Shown here: one piece after another, positions 1 to 8,311 of the stretch
Layout: the number at the start of each line of letters is the position of its first letter
Position numbering within the stretch: position 1 is the stretch's first letter
Assembly (NCBI RefSeq): GCF_049478495.1
Contig: NZ_CP168083.1
Location: 1,832,991 to 1,856,990 of the forward strand
Length of the DNA stretch: 24,000 nucleotides
Origin: Mycoplasma sp. P36-A1
GTDB lineage: Bacteria > Bacillota_I > Bacilli_A > JAJDGJ01
Direction of reading: 5' to 3'
Translations under genes and position numbers: made by a program
Notes under the pieces: model-generated
The model's database searches: none
What the model was told of the DNA's origin: nothing
Seen by the model: the letters and a program-made list of their open reading frames with translations, nothing else

Positions 1-591
1 GTTAATTATATAACTCTTATGTATTCTAAAAAATTTATCATGGCTTAGCTTATCTTCTAAGTCTTGCATTTTTTCTGTAGTGGGTATTTCTTCTTTATCT
101 ATCGTATATATGTATGTTTTTCTATTAGCACTTTCAATATATACTATTTTATTTATGTCTATAAACTTTGTTTTTTTATTATATGAAATACTGAGTTTTT
201 CTAGTTCATGATCATATGCATATTCTATTGTTTTAAAATGATTTTTTAATCGATTGACTAAGATGTTAAATCTTTTTGGATCTAATGGTTTTGTAATATA
301 GTCAAAGGTTCCTATTTCAAAGCTATCTAATGCATATTGATCATATGCTGTTGCAAATATAATATTTATTTCTTGATTTATTTCTTTTAGCTTTTTCCCA
401 ATTGTTAGACCATCATAATCTCCTAAGTTCATATCGACAAAAGCTACATCAATTTCTTCTATTTGAGAATAGTCTAGCATTTGTTGTCCATTGATAAATT
501 CTATTATATTTATTTCTTTAAAGTTTTCATTTAAAAGATATCTTAATTCATCTCTAGCTGCTTTTTCATCATCTATTATTGCAAATAACAT
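1..591 (-). CDS. lytR: LytTR-family response regulator (receiver + LytTR DNA-binding domain), 3' end truncated by window edge
   Basis: Reverse-strand reading from ATG at 591 gives MLFAIIDDEKAARDELRYLL...VAFVDMNLGDYDGL...IIFATAYDQYALDSFEIGTFDYITKPLDPKRF...IDINKIVYIESANRKTYIYTI, typical of a receiver plus LytTR domain. It lies directly downstream of a LytS-type kinase. It is not in the ORF track because it runs off the edge. Confidence 0.88.
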   Translation of the reverse strand, partial: MLFAIIDDEKAARDELRYLLNENFKEINIIEFINGQQMLDYSQIEEIDVAFVDMNLGDYDGLTIGKKLKEINQEINIIFATAYDQYALDSFEIGTFDYITKPLDPKRFNILVNRLKNHFKTIEYAYDHELEKLSISYNKKTKFIDINKIVYIESANRKTYIYTIDKEEIPTTEKMQDLEDKLSHDKFFRIHKSYIIN

Positions 592-597
592 ATTATA

Positions 598-2250
598 TTA
601 ATCCTCCTTTATCGGTATAAACATTGTAACTATTGTATATTCATTAACTTTTGATTGAACTTGTAAGCCGTATTTTTTACCATATAAATTTGTAAGTCTT
701 TCACTTACATTTGATATTCCTATACTGTTGGTATTTCTTGAATTTGATGTTATTTCTTCTAATTTTTCTTTTGACATTCCTTTTCCATTATCTTTAATTA
801 TTATAATATAATCGTTTATATTTTTATTGATTATTACTTCTATTTTCCCTGATTCTAGACCTCGTAAACCATGTTTAATAGCATTTTCAACTATTGGTTG
901 TATACTAAATCTAGGTAGTTTTGGATTTAGATCTTGTTTATTATTTATTATTAATTTAATGCTTTCACCAAATCTTGCTTTTTCAAGTGTAAAATAGACT
1001 TCGATATTTTCTAATTCTTCTTCTAAAGGTATTAATTGATCTGGCTTTTTTAGCACTCCTCTGAAGTAATTACTTAAATCTACAAGTAATTTTCTTGATT
1101 TATCAGAATCAGTTCTTGATATAGATATTATTGTATTTAAAATATTAAAAAGAAAGTGTGGATTTATTTGTGCCTGTAGCATAGCATATTCTGCTTCTTT
1201 TACTTTTTCTTTATTGATGTCTATTTCTGCTAATTCTAGTTGCGTTGACACTATGCTTGCTAATCCTCTAATAAATTCATTATTTGATTCTTCTGTTAGA
1301 CTTTTATTTTTAAGTATTAAAACTAAGTAGCCTATCTTTTCTTTGTCTTGGTATAGAGTTGCTGCCACATAATTATCTTCATTATGTAGTAAATTGAATG
1401 GCTTTTTATTTCTTCTTTTGGTATCTTTGGCTAATAATTCATCTACAATATCATAATTTACATTGTATCTTTTATGCGCACTAGCTATTAATGTCTTTTT
1501 TTCACTATATATCATTGTATGTTTTATGTCACTATCTTCTTCTATTATTGATAATGCTTTACTTATATTTACAGGATCATTGATACCTTTTCTTAAAAAT
1601 GGCATCATTCTTCCTGCAAGTCTAAGTGCATGACTAGCTTTTTTTGAAGAATATAGCTCTACATGAAGTATGCTTTGTTCAAATACGCTTAATAGTAAAA
1701 CTGCACCCATACAATTTAAAATAAACATCATTGATAAACTATTTACTATAAATGATACTGCTTGATCAAATGGACGGGCTATCAATAGTATAAGCAATCC
1801 TTCGATAACACCCGCAATAGCCATTGCTATTGCAACTTTTTTTGAACGGTAGGGAAAAAAGTCTCTTTTATAACAAAAACTACCAATAATTCCAACTACT
1901 AGTGTTGATATTGAACACGCTATTGCGGTTAGATCTGCTGGAGAATAAAAATATCGATGTATTCCAGCTGCAAGACCTGAGGCTATTCCAACCCATGGGC
2001 CAAATAGTAGTCCACCTGAAAATACAACTACAGATCTTGTATTTACTATTCCTTCCATTCTCTGTGTACCAAATATTGTTGCACATATTCCTAGTATTGA
2101 GAAGATTAACGCTAAAGGAATAATGTCATTTTTAGCTAATTTTTCTTTAGTTAGCCAGTATGAAAAGTCTTTAAATCTTGTCATTAATTGTCCTGCCATT
2201 ACTAGTAATCCTAGATTTATTACTATTGTGTATACTGCTGCAAAGTCCAT
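598..2250 (-). CDS. lytS: LytS/YpdA-type sensor histidine kinase (5TM-5TMR_LYT sensor, GAF-like region, His_kinase and HATPase)
   Basis: 550-aa ORF. Multi-TM N-terminus (NLGLLVMAGQLM...FGGLLFGPWVGIASGLAAGIHRYF), QAQINPHFLFNILNTI histidine-kinase motif, ATPase motifs NAIKHGL and DNGKGM. Adjacent to a LytTR regulator. Confidence 0.9.
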   Translation of the reverse strand: MDFAAVYTIVINLGLLVMAGQLMTRFKDFSYWLTKEKLAKNDIIPLALIFSILGICATIFGTQRMEGIVNTRSVVVFSGGLLFGPWVGIASGLAAGIHRYFYSPADLTAIACSISTLVVGIIGSFCYKRDFFPYRSKKVAIAMAIAGVIEGLLILLIARPFDQAVSFIVNSLSMMFILNCMGAVLLLSVFEQSILHVELYSSKKASHALRLAGRMMPFLRKGINDPVNISKALSIIEEDSDIKHTMIYSEKKTLIASAHKRYNVNYDIVDELLAKDTKRRNKKPFNLLHNEDNYVAATLYQDKEKIGYLVLILKNKSLTEESNNEFIRGLASIVSTQLELAEIDINKEKVKEAEYAMLQAQINPHFLFNILNTIISISRTDSDKSRKLLVDLSNYFRGVLKKPDQLIPLEEELENIEVYFTLEKARFGESIKLIINNKQDLNPKLPRFSIQPIVENAIKHGLRGLESGKIEVIINKNINDYIIIIKDNGKGMSKEKLEEITSNSRNTNSIGISNVSERLTNLYGKKYGLQVQSKVNEYTIVTMFIPIKED

Positions 2251-2314
2251 TATTGTTCCCTCTTTTCTTTATATGTTATATTGCTTATTATAATTAATTA
2301 ATCTTTTTACATGC

Positions 2315-2320
2315 TATAAT
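2315..2320 (+). promoter_or_regulatory. Extended -10 promoter (TGCTATAAT) for the DsbA-like gene
   Basis: TGCTATAAT located about 20 nt upstream of the ATG at 2341, with RBS AAAGGAGG in between. No clear -35. Confidence 0.5.
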
Positions 2321-2340
2321 CTATAAAAGGAGGTTTTTTT

Positions 2341-2922
2341 ATGATTTATTTAGCAGTTAGTCCATTTTGTCCCTATTGTTATGCAAATGATAGAATTTTA
2401 GAGCAGGAAATTCCTACTCTTGATGATAATGACATTACAATTATTCCACACTTATTAACACCTGATTTAGTTGATTATGATGAAATTTTATATAATAGTG
2501 CTATTAGTGCTTATAAAAAACATGCGTTGCCTTATTTAGAGAAAAAGAATTTATTTAATTCTAAACCTTATAAATATGAAAATGTCTTAACATCTAAGCT
2601 TGTTTTTTTATCTTATTATTATTTAAGAGAATTTAATCTAGGTCTTCAATTTTATCATGAAGTTACAAGAAGATTCTGGGAGTCTGACTTTAATTTTGGT
2701 ATACTTGAAAATCTTGCTTTGATAGTTAAAGATTTTGGTTTAAATGTAGATGATTATAAGATACATTATGACGACTTAGCTTATCAAGAGCAATATGACA
2801 AATATCTACAAATGCATGATGATTATGATGTTGATACTGTTCCTACTTATATTTTTGAAGATGAAATGATAGCAGGAGCTGGAAGTGCAATCAAAAAGGT
2901 AAAGGAAATTACAAAAAAATAA
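2341..2922 (+). CDS. DsbA-family thioredoxin-fold protein (CPYC active-site motif)
   Basis: 193-aa ORF, N-terminal MIYLAVSPFCPYCYAND, C-terminal DTVPTYIFEDEMIAGAG cis-Pro-like segment, strong RBS AAAGGAGG. Confidence 0.75.
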   Translation: MIYLAVSPFCPYCYANDRILEQEIPTLDDNDITIIPHLLTPDLVDYDEILYNSAISAYKKHALPYLEKKNLFNSKPYKYENVLTSKLVFLSYYYLREFNLGLQFYHEVTRRFWESDFNFGILENLALIVKDFGLNVDDYKIHYDDLAYQEQYDKYLQMHDDYDVDTVPTYIFEDEMIAGAGSAIKKVKEITKK

Positions 2923-2923
2923 G

Positions 2924-2980
2924 AAAAAAAATCTTTATGAAAACTAGTTAAAAAAGCTAGTAATCATAGAGATTTTTATT
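2924..2980. terminator. Bidirectional intrinsic terminator
   Basis: Long stem AAAATCTTTATGA ... TCATAGAGATTTT with an inner ACTAG/CTAGT stem. T-tract on the + side (TTTTTATTT) and poly-T on the - side (TTTTTTT). Confidence 0.8.
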
Positions 2981-3074
2981 TGCTTACTATTTTTATTTTT
3001 GTCATGTTGTTAAAGTTAATCCATGTTACTAAGAATAGTAGCGTGGCACTTAGTATGAACCAAATTATATTCAT
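2976..3074 (-). CDS. 32-aa putative single-TM membrane peptide (unannotated micro-ORF)
   Basis: Reverse strand: MNIIWFILSATLLFLVTWINFNNMTKIKIVSK*. RBS GAGGTGGAG lies about 6 nt upstream of the ATG. Promoter TTGCCA-17 nt-TATAAT upstream, terminator overlapping the stop. Confidence 0.55.
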   Translation of the reverse strand: MNIIWFILSATLLFLVTWINFNNMTKIKIVSK

Positions 3075-3093
3075 CAGTCTCCACCTCATATCT

Positions 3094-3122
3094 ATTATAC
3101 AACAATGTTTAAAATATGGCAA
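3094..3122 (-). promoter_or_regulatory. sigma-A-type promoter (TTGCCA - 17 - TATAAT) for the 32-aa micro-ORF
   Basis: On the + strand: ATTATA at 3094-3099 and TGGCAA at 3117-3122, a 17-nt spacer, located between the ftsH terminator and the micro-ORF. Confidence 0.65.
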
Positions 3123-3170
3123 TGTTTAGTTCAAAATATGTTCAATCTTAACAATCTAATAGTTTTTTAA

Positions 3171-3203
3171 CTAAAAACAAAAAAATACGATTTCTCGTAT
3201 TTT
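3171..3203 (-). terminator. Intrinsic terminator of the ftsH operon
   Basis: Minus strand: AAATACGA-GAAA-TCGTATTT hairpin followed by a T-rich tract (TTTTTGTTTTTAG), at the ftsH stop codon. Confidence 0.8.
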
Positions 3204-5154
3204 AAAGTTCTTTTGGATCGTCAATTGACTCTAATTTTTGGTTTAAAGCGACTGGATCTTTAGAAATATTTTCATCTTTATCTATAGTTTGATCATTATC
3301 ATCTTCTACTTCTTTAGCAACTGGTACTGGTAATTTTCCAGTTGTAAATAATGAATATATTTCTTCTTTTGTTAGAGTTTCTTTTTCTAACAATGTTTTT
3401 GCTATTAATGTATGTAATTCTGAATTTTCTAATAAAATTTCTTTTGATTTTTCATAACATCCATCAATTATTTTTCTTATTTCTTTATCTATTTCATATG
3501 CTACATTATCAGAGAAGTTCTTTTTAGAGTTGTAATCTCTACCTAAGAAAACTGAACCTTCAGCTTGTCCATATTGAACTGTTCCTAATGCTGACATACC
3601 ATATTGTGTAACCATGTTACGTGCAATTTCTGTTGCTTTTTCAATATCATTTGAAGCACCTGTAGAAATATCTTGGAATTTAATTTCTTCTGCTACACGT
3701 CCTGATAATAATCCTACGATTCTTGCTTCTAATTGCTTTTTAGTCATTAGGAAACCATCATCTTTAGGAGTCATTAGAACATATCCTCCTGCATTACCTC
3801 TTGGTATAATTGTTACTTTTTGTACTACTTCTGCATCTTCTAAAATCAGACCAGTAACAGCATGTCCAGATTCGTGATAAGCAACTACTTCAATATCATG
3901 TTTGTTTAATTTCTTGCTTTTCTTAGCTGGTCCACCTATTACTCTATCTATTGCTTCATCAAGATCATTCATATCAATAACGTTTCTTCCTGATCTTACA
4001 GCTAATAAAGCTGCTTCATTTAGAATATTTTCTAAGTCTGCACCAGTAAATCCAGGTGTTCTTTCAGCTAAATAATCTAGTTTTACTTCTGGAGCTAACT
4101 TTTTATTTCTAGCATGGACTTTTAGTATTTCTACTCTACCTTCTCTATCTGGTCTATTTATTTCTATTTGTCTATCAAATCGTCCTGGTCTTAAAATAGC
4201 TGGGTCTAGTACGTCTGGTCTATTTGTGGCAGCAATCATAATAATTCCTGAGTTTTCATTAAATCCATCCATTTCAACTAATAATTGATTTAATGTTTGT
4301 TCTCTTTCATCATTTCCACCACCAACACCGGCACCACGTTGACGTCCTACTGCATCTATTTCATCAATAAAGATTATACAAGGAGCATTTAATTTAGCTT
4401 CTTTAAACATATCTCTTACTCTACTTGCTCCAACTCCAACAAATAACTCTACAAAGTCAGATCCTGAAATTGTATAGAATGGAACTCCTGCTTCACCTGC
4501 AACAGCTTTGGCAAGTAATGTTTTACCTGTACCTGGAGGACCTACTAATAATACACCTTTAGGTATTCTAGCACCCATTTCTAAGTATTTTTTTGGTCGT
4601 TTCAGATAATCTACTAATTCTATTAATTCTTCTTTTTCTTCTTTAACACCTGCAACATCTTTAAATGTTACTTTATTATTACCTTTATCAAGTTTTGCAC
4701 GGCTTTTTCCATATTCCATTCCTTTAGCTCCACCTTGAGATCTCATCATAAAGACTAAGAATCCTCCAAGTATTACTAATGGTATTATTGTTCCAGCAAG
4801 CTGGTACCATACATTACTTTGTTGTCCATTAAATTTGACATCAATTCCTTTATCACCTGCAACATCAATTAATTCTTGATATTGTTCGCTTGTTAAAGGT
4901 GCATTTCCTTCAAATATTTGTTCACTAGTGGCGTTATCACTACCTTTAGTAGTTATTCTACCTTGAACACTCATTACACCACTTTGTGTTGTTACCTCTA
5001 ATTTACTTACTTCTTTTGTTTCAATTGTTTTAATTAACTGTGTATAACTAAGATTTGTTACTCTTCCTGATGAAGTGAATGCTAGGTATGCAACAAATAA
5101 TAGTATCATTGAGACTAATAACAAGAAACTATATGAATTTTTTTTATTTTTCAT
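3202..5154 (-). CDS. ftsH: ATP-dependent zinc metalloprotease FtsH
   Basis: 650 aa: N-terminal [10 protein letters not shown] Walker [12 protein letters not shown] Walker B, SRH region, HESGH zinc site. Confidence 0.98.
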   Translation of the reverse strand: MKNKKNSYSFLLLVSMILLFVAYLAFTSSGRVTNLSYTQLIKTIETKEVSKLEVTTQSGVMSVQGRITTKGSDNATSEQIFEGNAPLTSEQYQELIDVAGDKGIDVKFNGQQSNVWYQLAGTIIPLVILGGFLVFMMRSQGGAKGMEYGKSRAKLDKGNNKVTFKDVAGVKEEKEELIELVDYLKRPKKYLEMGARIPKGVLLVGPPGTGKTLLAKAVAGEAGVPFYTISGSDFVELFVGVGASRVRDMFKEAKLNAPCIIFIDEIDAVGRQRGAGVGGGNDEREQTLNQLLVEMDGFNENSGIIMIAATNRPDVLDPAILRPGRFDRQIEINRPDREGRVEILKVHARNKKLAPEVKLDYLAERTPGFTGADLENILNEAALLAVRSGRNVIDMNDLDEAIDRVIGGPAKKSKKLNKHDIEVVAYHESGHAVTGLILEDAEVVQKVTIIPRGNAGGYVLMTPKDDGFLMTKKQLEARIVGLLSGRVAEEIKFQDISTGASNDIEKATEIARNMVTQYGMSALGTVQYGQAEGSVFLGRDYNSKKNFSDNVAYEIDKEIRKIIDGCYEKSKEILLENSELHTLIAKTLLEKETLTKEEIYSLFTTGKLPVPVAKEVEDDNDQTIDKDENISKDPVALNQKLESIDDPKEL

Positions 5155-5169
5155 TTATCCCTACCACCT

Positions 5170-5712
5170 CTACATGTAACATTCTTCTTTTAAAACTCCA
5201 ATATATGGTAAGTTGCGATATAACTCATCATAATCAAGTCCGAATCCAATTACGAATTCATTTGGCACTATGTAACCTACATAGTCAGCTTCCATTTCAA
5301 CTACTCTTCCATCAGGCTTATCTAGTAAAGTTGCTACTTTTAAAGTCTTAGGTGAACGATTAGTTAATATTCCCATTATTGTTTTTAATGTTTTTCCAGT
5401 ATCAACTATATCTTCAACAATTAATACATTGGCTTGACCTATTGTTCTAGTTAAGTCTTTTAATATTCTTACTTCTCCAGTGCTCATAGTACCACGGTAA
5501 CTACTAACATCCATAAAATCAATTTCACAATCAATTTTTATGTGTTTCATTAGTTCTGCAAGAAATGGTACTGAACCACTAAGTAGTCCTACTAATGTAA
5601 TTCTTTCACCTTTATAGTCTTCATTAATTTGATCTGCTAATTCTTTAATTCTTTTGATTATTTGGTCTTCACTAAATAATATTTTCTTTACATTCTTGTG
5701 CATGAATGCCAC
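5170..5712 (-). CDS. hpt: Hypoxanthine phosphoribosyltransferase
   Basis: 180 aa with the PRTase motif VLIVEDIVDTGKTL; conserved neighbour of tilS and ftsH. Confidence 0.95.
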   Translation of the reverse strand: MAFMHKNVKKILFSEDQIIKRIKELADQINEDYKGERITLVGLLSGSVPFLAELMKHIKIDCEIDFMDVSSYRGTMSTGEVRILKDLTRTIGQANVLIVEDIVDTGKTLKTIMGILTNRSPKTLKVATLLDKPDGRVVEMEADYVGYIVPNEFVIGFGLDYDELYRNLPYIGVLKEECYM

Positions 5713-5717
5713 CTCCG

Positions 5718-6842
5718 CTAGTAATTAAAAGCCCAATCTATTACAGTATCATTTTTTACAACTACTGGTAGACTGTCTTGAAGAAATTTTGCAATTTTTC
5801 TTTTTTTGATTTTTTGTAAATGTTTCTTCGTATTTTTCCCCATATTAGACAATTCTTTGTCTGTTATAGCTCTGATTATGTATGGATAATCAGTTGTGAT
5901 TTGTTTAAGATTAAAGTTAAAATTATCCTTGAAATATTGTTTAATCTTTATGTAATCTGTATCATTTGTTACTTCAAATTTATATTTTTTCACATTTGGA
6001 TACAACGTATAAATAATACCATAACTAACAATTACAGTTGTGTCTAAAAAGGTTTTTTGTAATGCTGATGCAGTCTCTATTTGACGTATTATTTCATCTA
6101 AATTTTTGGTTGTTACACTGTAATTTTTCATAATTGAATATAACCAACGTCGTTTAATATTTTGGTTCCATTTTTTAAATTCTGAGACTTTATAAAATGG
6201 TTTATTATTTTTTTGTAAAAATCTTATTTCTTTAAATAATCTCTCATTCTTTTCTAGTACTTCTTGATGAATTATATTTTTTTCTGCTACTGTAAGTTTA
6301 CTTAATTCATGTCTATTAACATTTCTTGTATAGTCTAGTGTCAAGTTAGATGAATCTTGGTGAAAAGGTACATTATTTATTTTACTATAATTATTAATAT
6401 CGCTTTTATACCAATCTAGCAACGGTCTAATTACTAGTAAGCTTTTATGCTGAGTTATTGATGCTATTCCATAATAACTATAAATTCCACCACGATTTTT
6501 TTGGAATAAGTAGGTTTCTAAGTAATCATCTTTATGATGAGCAACATATAGTATATTAGTATCATACTTTTTTGCTACTTCCATAAAGAAATCATATCTT
6601 ATATCTCTTGCTTGAGCCTGGAAATTTTCATGTGTATATTCTTCTTTTTTTACTGTTTTTGTTTCTAATATAATATTTTTATTTTTTATGTATTCTTTAA
6701 TTACTTCTAAATCGATATATGAATCTATTCTTTTTTGATAATTAACATGAGCTGCGACTATTTCAAAGTCTTTTTTATACATTATATCTAGTAGTACCAT
6801 TGAATCTATTCCGCCACTTAGGGCTATTATTATTTTTTTCAT
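5718..6842 (-). CDS. tilS: tRNA(Ile)-lysidine synthase TilS (start adjusted from 6944)
   Basis: PP-loop IIIALSGGIDSMVLLDI and HHKDDYLETYLFQKNRG. The ORF-track start at 6944 adds 34 non-conserved residues that overlap divIC; the Met at 6842 (MKKIIIALSGG) fits the family start. Confidence 0.92.
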   Translation of the reverse strand: MKKIIIALSGGIDSMVLLDIMYKKDFEIVAAHVNYQKRIDSYIDLEVIKEYIKNKNIILETKTVKKEEYTHENFQAQARDIRYDFFMEVAKKYDTNILYVAHHKDDYLETYLFQKNRGGIYSYYGIASITQHKSLLVIRPLLDWYKSDINNYSKINNVPFHQDSSNLTLDYTRNVNRHELSKLTVAEKNIIHQEVLEKNERLFKEIRFLQKNNKPFYKVSEFKKWNQNIKRRWLYSIMKNYSVTTKNLDEIIRQIETASALQKTFLDTTVIVSYGIIYTLYPNVKKYKFEVTNDTDYIKIKQYFKDNFNFNLKQITTDYPYIIRAITDKELSNMGKNTKKHLQKIKKRKIAKFLQDSLPVVVKNDTVIDWAFNY

Positions 6843-6864
6843 TATAGATAATAATGCACCAGAC

Positions 6865-7176
6865 TTACTCTGGTGCACTCTCACTTTCATCATCAGGTAA
6901 AATATATACTGTTGTTCCTTTTTCAGTTGAGAACATTGTTCCACTTACATAAGATTGTATATATTCATCATCTTTTAATTTAGTTACTTCATTGTTTAAT
7001 GTATCAGTCTCTGTTTTTAATTGCTCATTTTCTGTATTTGCTTTACTTAAAGCATGTTTTAATTGAACGGTTGAAAATAAATCGCTACTTATATTTAATA
7101 CCATAAATGCCATGAATGTAAGTAGAACTACTCTAGATATTTGTTTTACTCTTTTATTCATATTATTTTGCCTCAA
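6865..7176 (-). CDS. divIC: Septum formation initiator, DivIC/FtsB-like
   Basis: 103 aa: N-terminal TM, coiled coil (ALSKANTENEQLKTETDTLNNEVTKLKDDEYIQSYV), located immediately upstream of tilS as in many Bacillota. The true start may be the internal MNKR. Confidence 0.8.
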   Translation of the reverse strand: MRQNNMNKRVKQISRVVLLTFMAFMVLNISSDLFSTVQLKHALSKANTENEQLKTETDTLNNEVTKLKDDEYIQSYVSGTMFSTEKGTTVYILPDDESESAPE

Positions 7177-8041
7177 CTAAATCTAAATAATCTTGGAAAA
7201 ATCCTTTTGCTTTATCTAGATAGGCACTTGCAAAAAAGCTAAAGTCTACTGCTAATTCTTCTGATAGTCCTATTTGATGTTTATATTTTGCAACATTATG
7301 CCATTGCAAGCATTGAAACATTCTCCATGCATATAGTCTTTGGTATTCTTCTCTACCTGGGTTTTCAAAGTATACTTCCATTAAATCTTTTGCATGATCA
7401 AAATTAGCGTTACCATAACATGCAATGTCATATATTGGATCATTATTTCCTGCAAACTCCCAATCTAGTAAATATAATCTATCGTTACCTACTACAAAGT
7501 TACTTGTTTGTGAATCACCATGAGCTGCTACTAATGGTGCATCCTTTAGTACTATTTCATAGATGTCTAACCATTTGTCTTTCAATGCTAAGTACACTGG
7601 ATCTTTTGTTTCAGTAATACTTTCATATTTTTCTAATCTTTCTAATGGATTATAGTCATATTTGAACTTTGGAATTGAGTGTAGTTTCTTAAGTAACTGT
7701 GCAACAGCTTCTGTTGGTTTATTACTTAGTTCACTTACTGGTTCTCCTTCGACAAATGGAGCAATTTTATAACCAGTTTCTACATCAAAATAAATTGGTG
7801 CAGGTTGGAAATCATAAGGTTTTATTTCTCCTATAATTTCAAATTCCTTTTCTCTATCGGTAAAATGTTCTGCTCCTTTACCTGGAACTCTGAATGTATA
7901 TTTTTTATTATCAATTGTAATTACATAAGTATAATTAGACATTCCGCCCATTAAACGGAATTCTACATTACAATCACTGCAAATCACTTCTTTTACAACT
8001 TTCTTAATAATTTGTTCGTTGTTTTCAACACTATTTTTCAT
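7163..8041 (-). CDS. Choline/ethanolamine-kinase-like (LicA-like) aminoglycoside phosphotransferase-fold kinase
   Basis: 292 aa with HGDSQTSNFVV and LLDWEFAGNNDPIYDIA kinase motifs. Confidence 0.8.
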   Translation of the reverse strand: MKNSVENNEQIIKKVVKEVICSDCNVEFRLMGGMSNYTYVITIDNKKYTFRVPGKGAEHFTDREKEFEIIGEIKPYDFQPAPIYFDVETGYKIAPFVEGEPVSELSNKPTEAVAQLLKKLHSIPKFKYDYNPLERLEKYESITETKDPVYLALKDKWLDIYEIVLKDAPLVAAHGDSQTSNFVVGNDRLYLLDWEFAGNNDPIYDIACYGNANFDHAKDLMEVYFENPGREEYQRLYAWRMFQCLQWHNVAKYKHQIGLSEELAVDFSFFASAYLDKAKGFFQDYLDLVEAK

Positions 8042-8061
8042 AGTACCACCACCTTAAGTAT

Positions 8062-8090
8062 ATTATAGAACAATGTAAATTTTTTTTCAA
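8062..8090 (-). promoter_or_regulatory. sigma-A-type promoter (TTGAAA - 17 - TATAAT) for the LicA-like/divIC/tilS/hpt/ftsH operon
   Basis: On the + strand: ATTATA at 8062-8067 and TTTCAA at 8085-8090, directly upstream of the ORF at 8041. Confidence 0.65.
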
Positions 8091-8162
8091 TTGAATAAGT
8101 ATATGTTATGTAAATATTAGCTTATTTTACTTATTAGTTAAGTTTCTATAATTTTTAAGCAA

Positions 8163-8170
8163 AAAAAAAT
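8163..8170. repeat. Left 8-bp target site duplication AAAAAAAT
   Basis: Identical to 9687-9694; 8 bp is the expected TSD length for ISL3. Confidence 0.8.
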
Positions 8171-8186
8171 GGTTCTATAATTTATA

Positions 8187-8231
8187 GGGTGGAATAACAA
8201 ATTCAAGTATTACTTGAAATGTTATCCACCC
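8187..8231. other. Nested stem-loop at left end of the IS, in the transposase leader
   Basis: GGGTGGAATAACA aatt CAAGT att ACTTG aaa TGTTATCCACCC: outer stem near-perfect (one bulged A), inner stem perfect. Confidence 0.6.
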
Positions 8232-8311
8232 TTAAATTGTTAATATAAAGAAAAAGACATTTATCTTTGTTATAATTTAAGCGACTAAAATAAATTAAGG
8301 AGATAAATGTC

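Noticed and set aside
1880-2123. ORFs 1880..2086 (-) and 1902..2123 (+)
   Set aside because: Overlap the well-supported lytS; no family motifs.
3614-3877. 87-aa + strand ORF antisense to ftsH
   Set aside because: Antisense shadow of a conserved coding region; no RBS or motifs.
5079-5351. 90-aa + strand ORF over the ftsH/hpt junction, and the similar 5820..6047 ORF
   Set aside because: Antisense to hpt/tilS; composition typical of chance ORFs in AT-rich DNA.
6843-6944. N-terminal extension of TilS (34 aa)
   Set aside because: It overlaps divIC in another frame; family start is the Met directly before the PP-loop.
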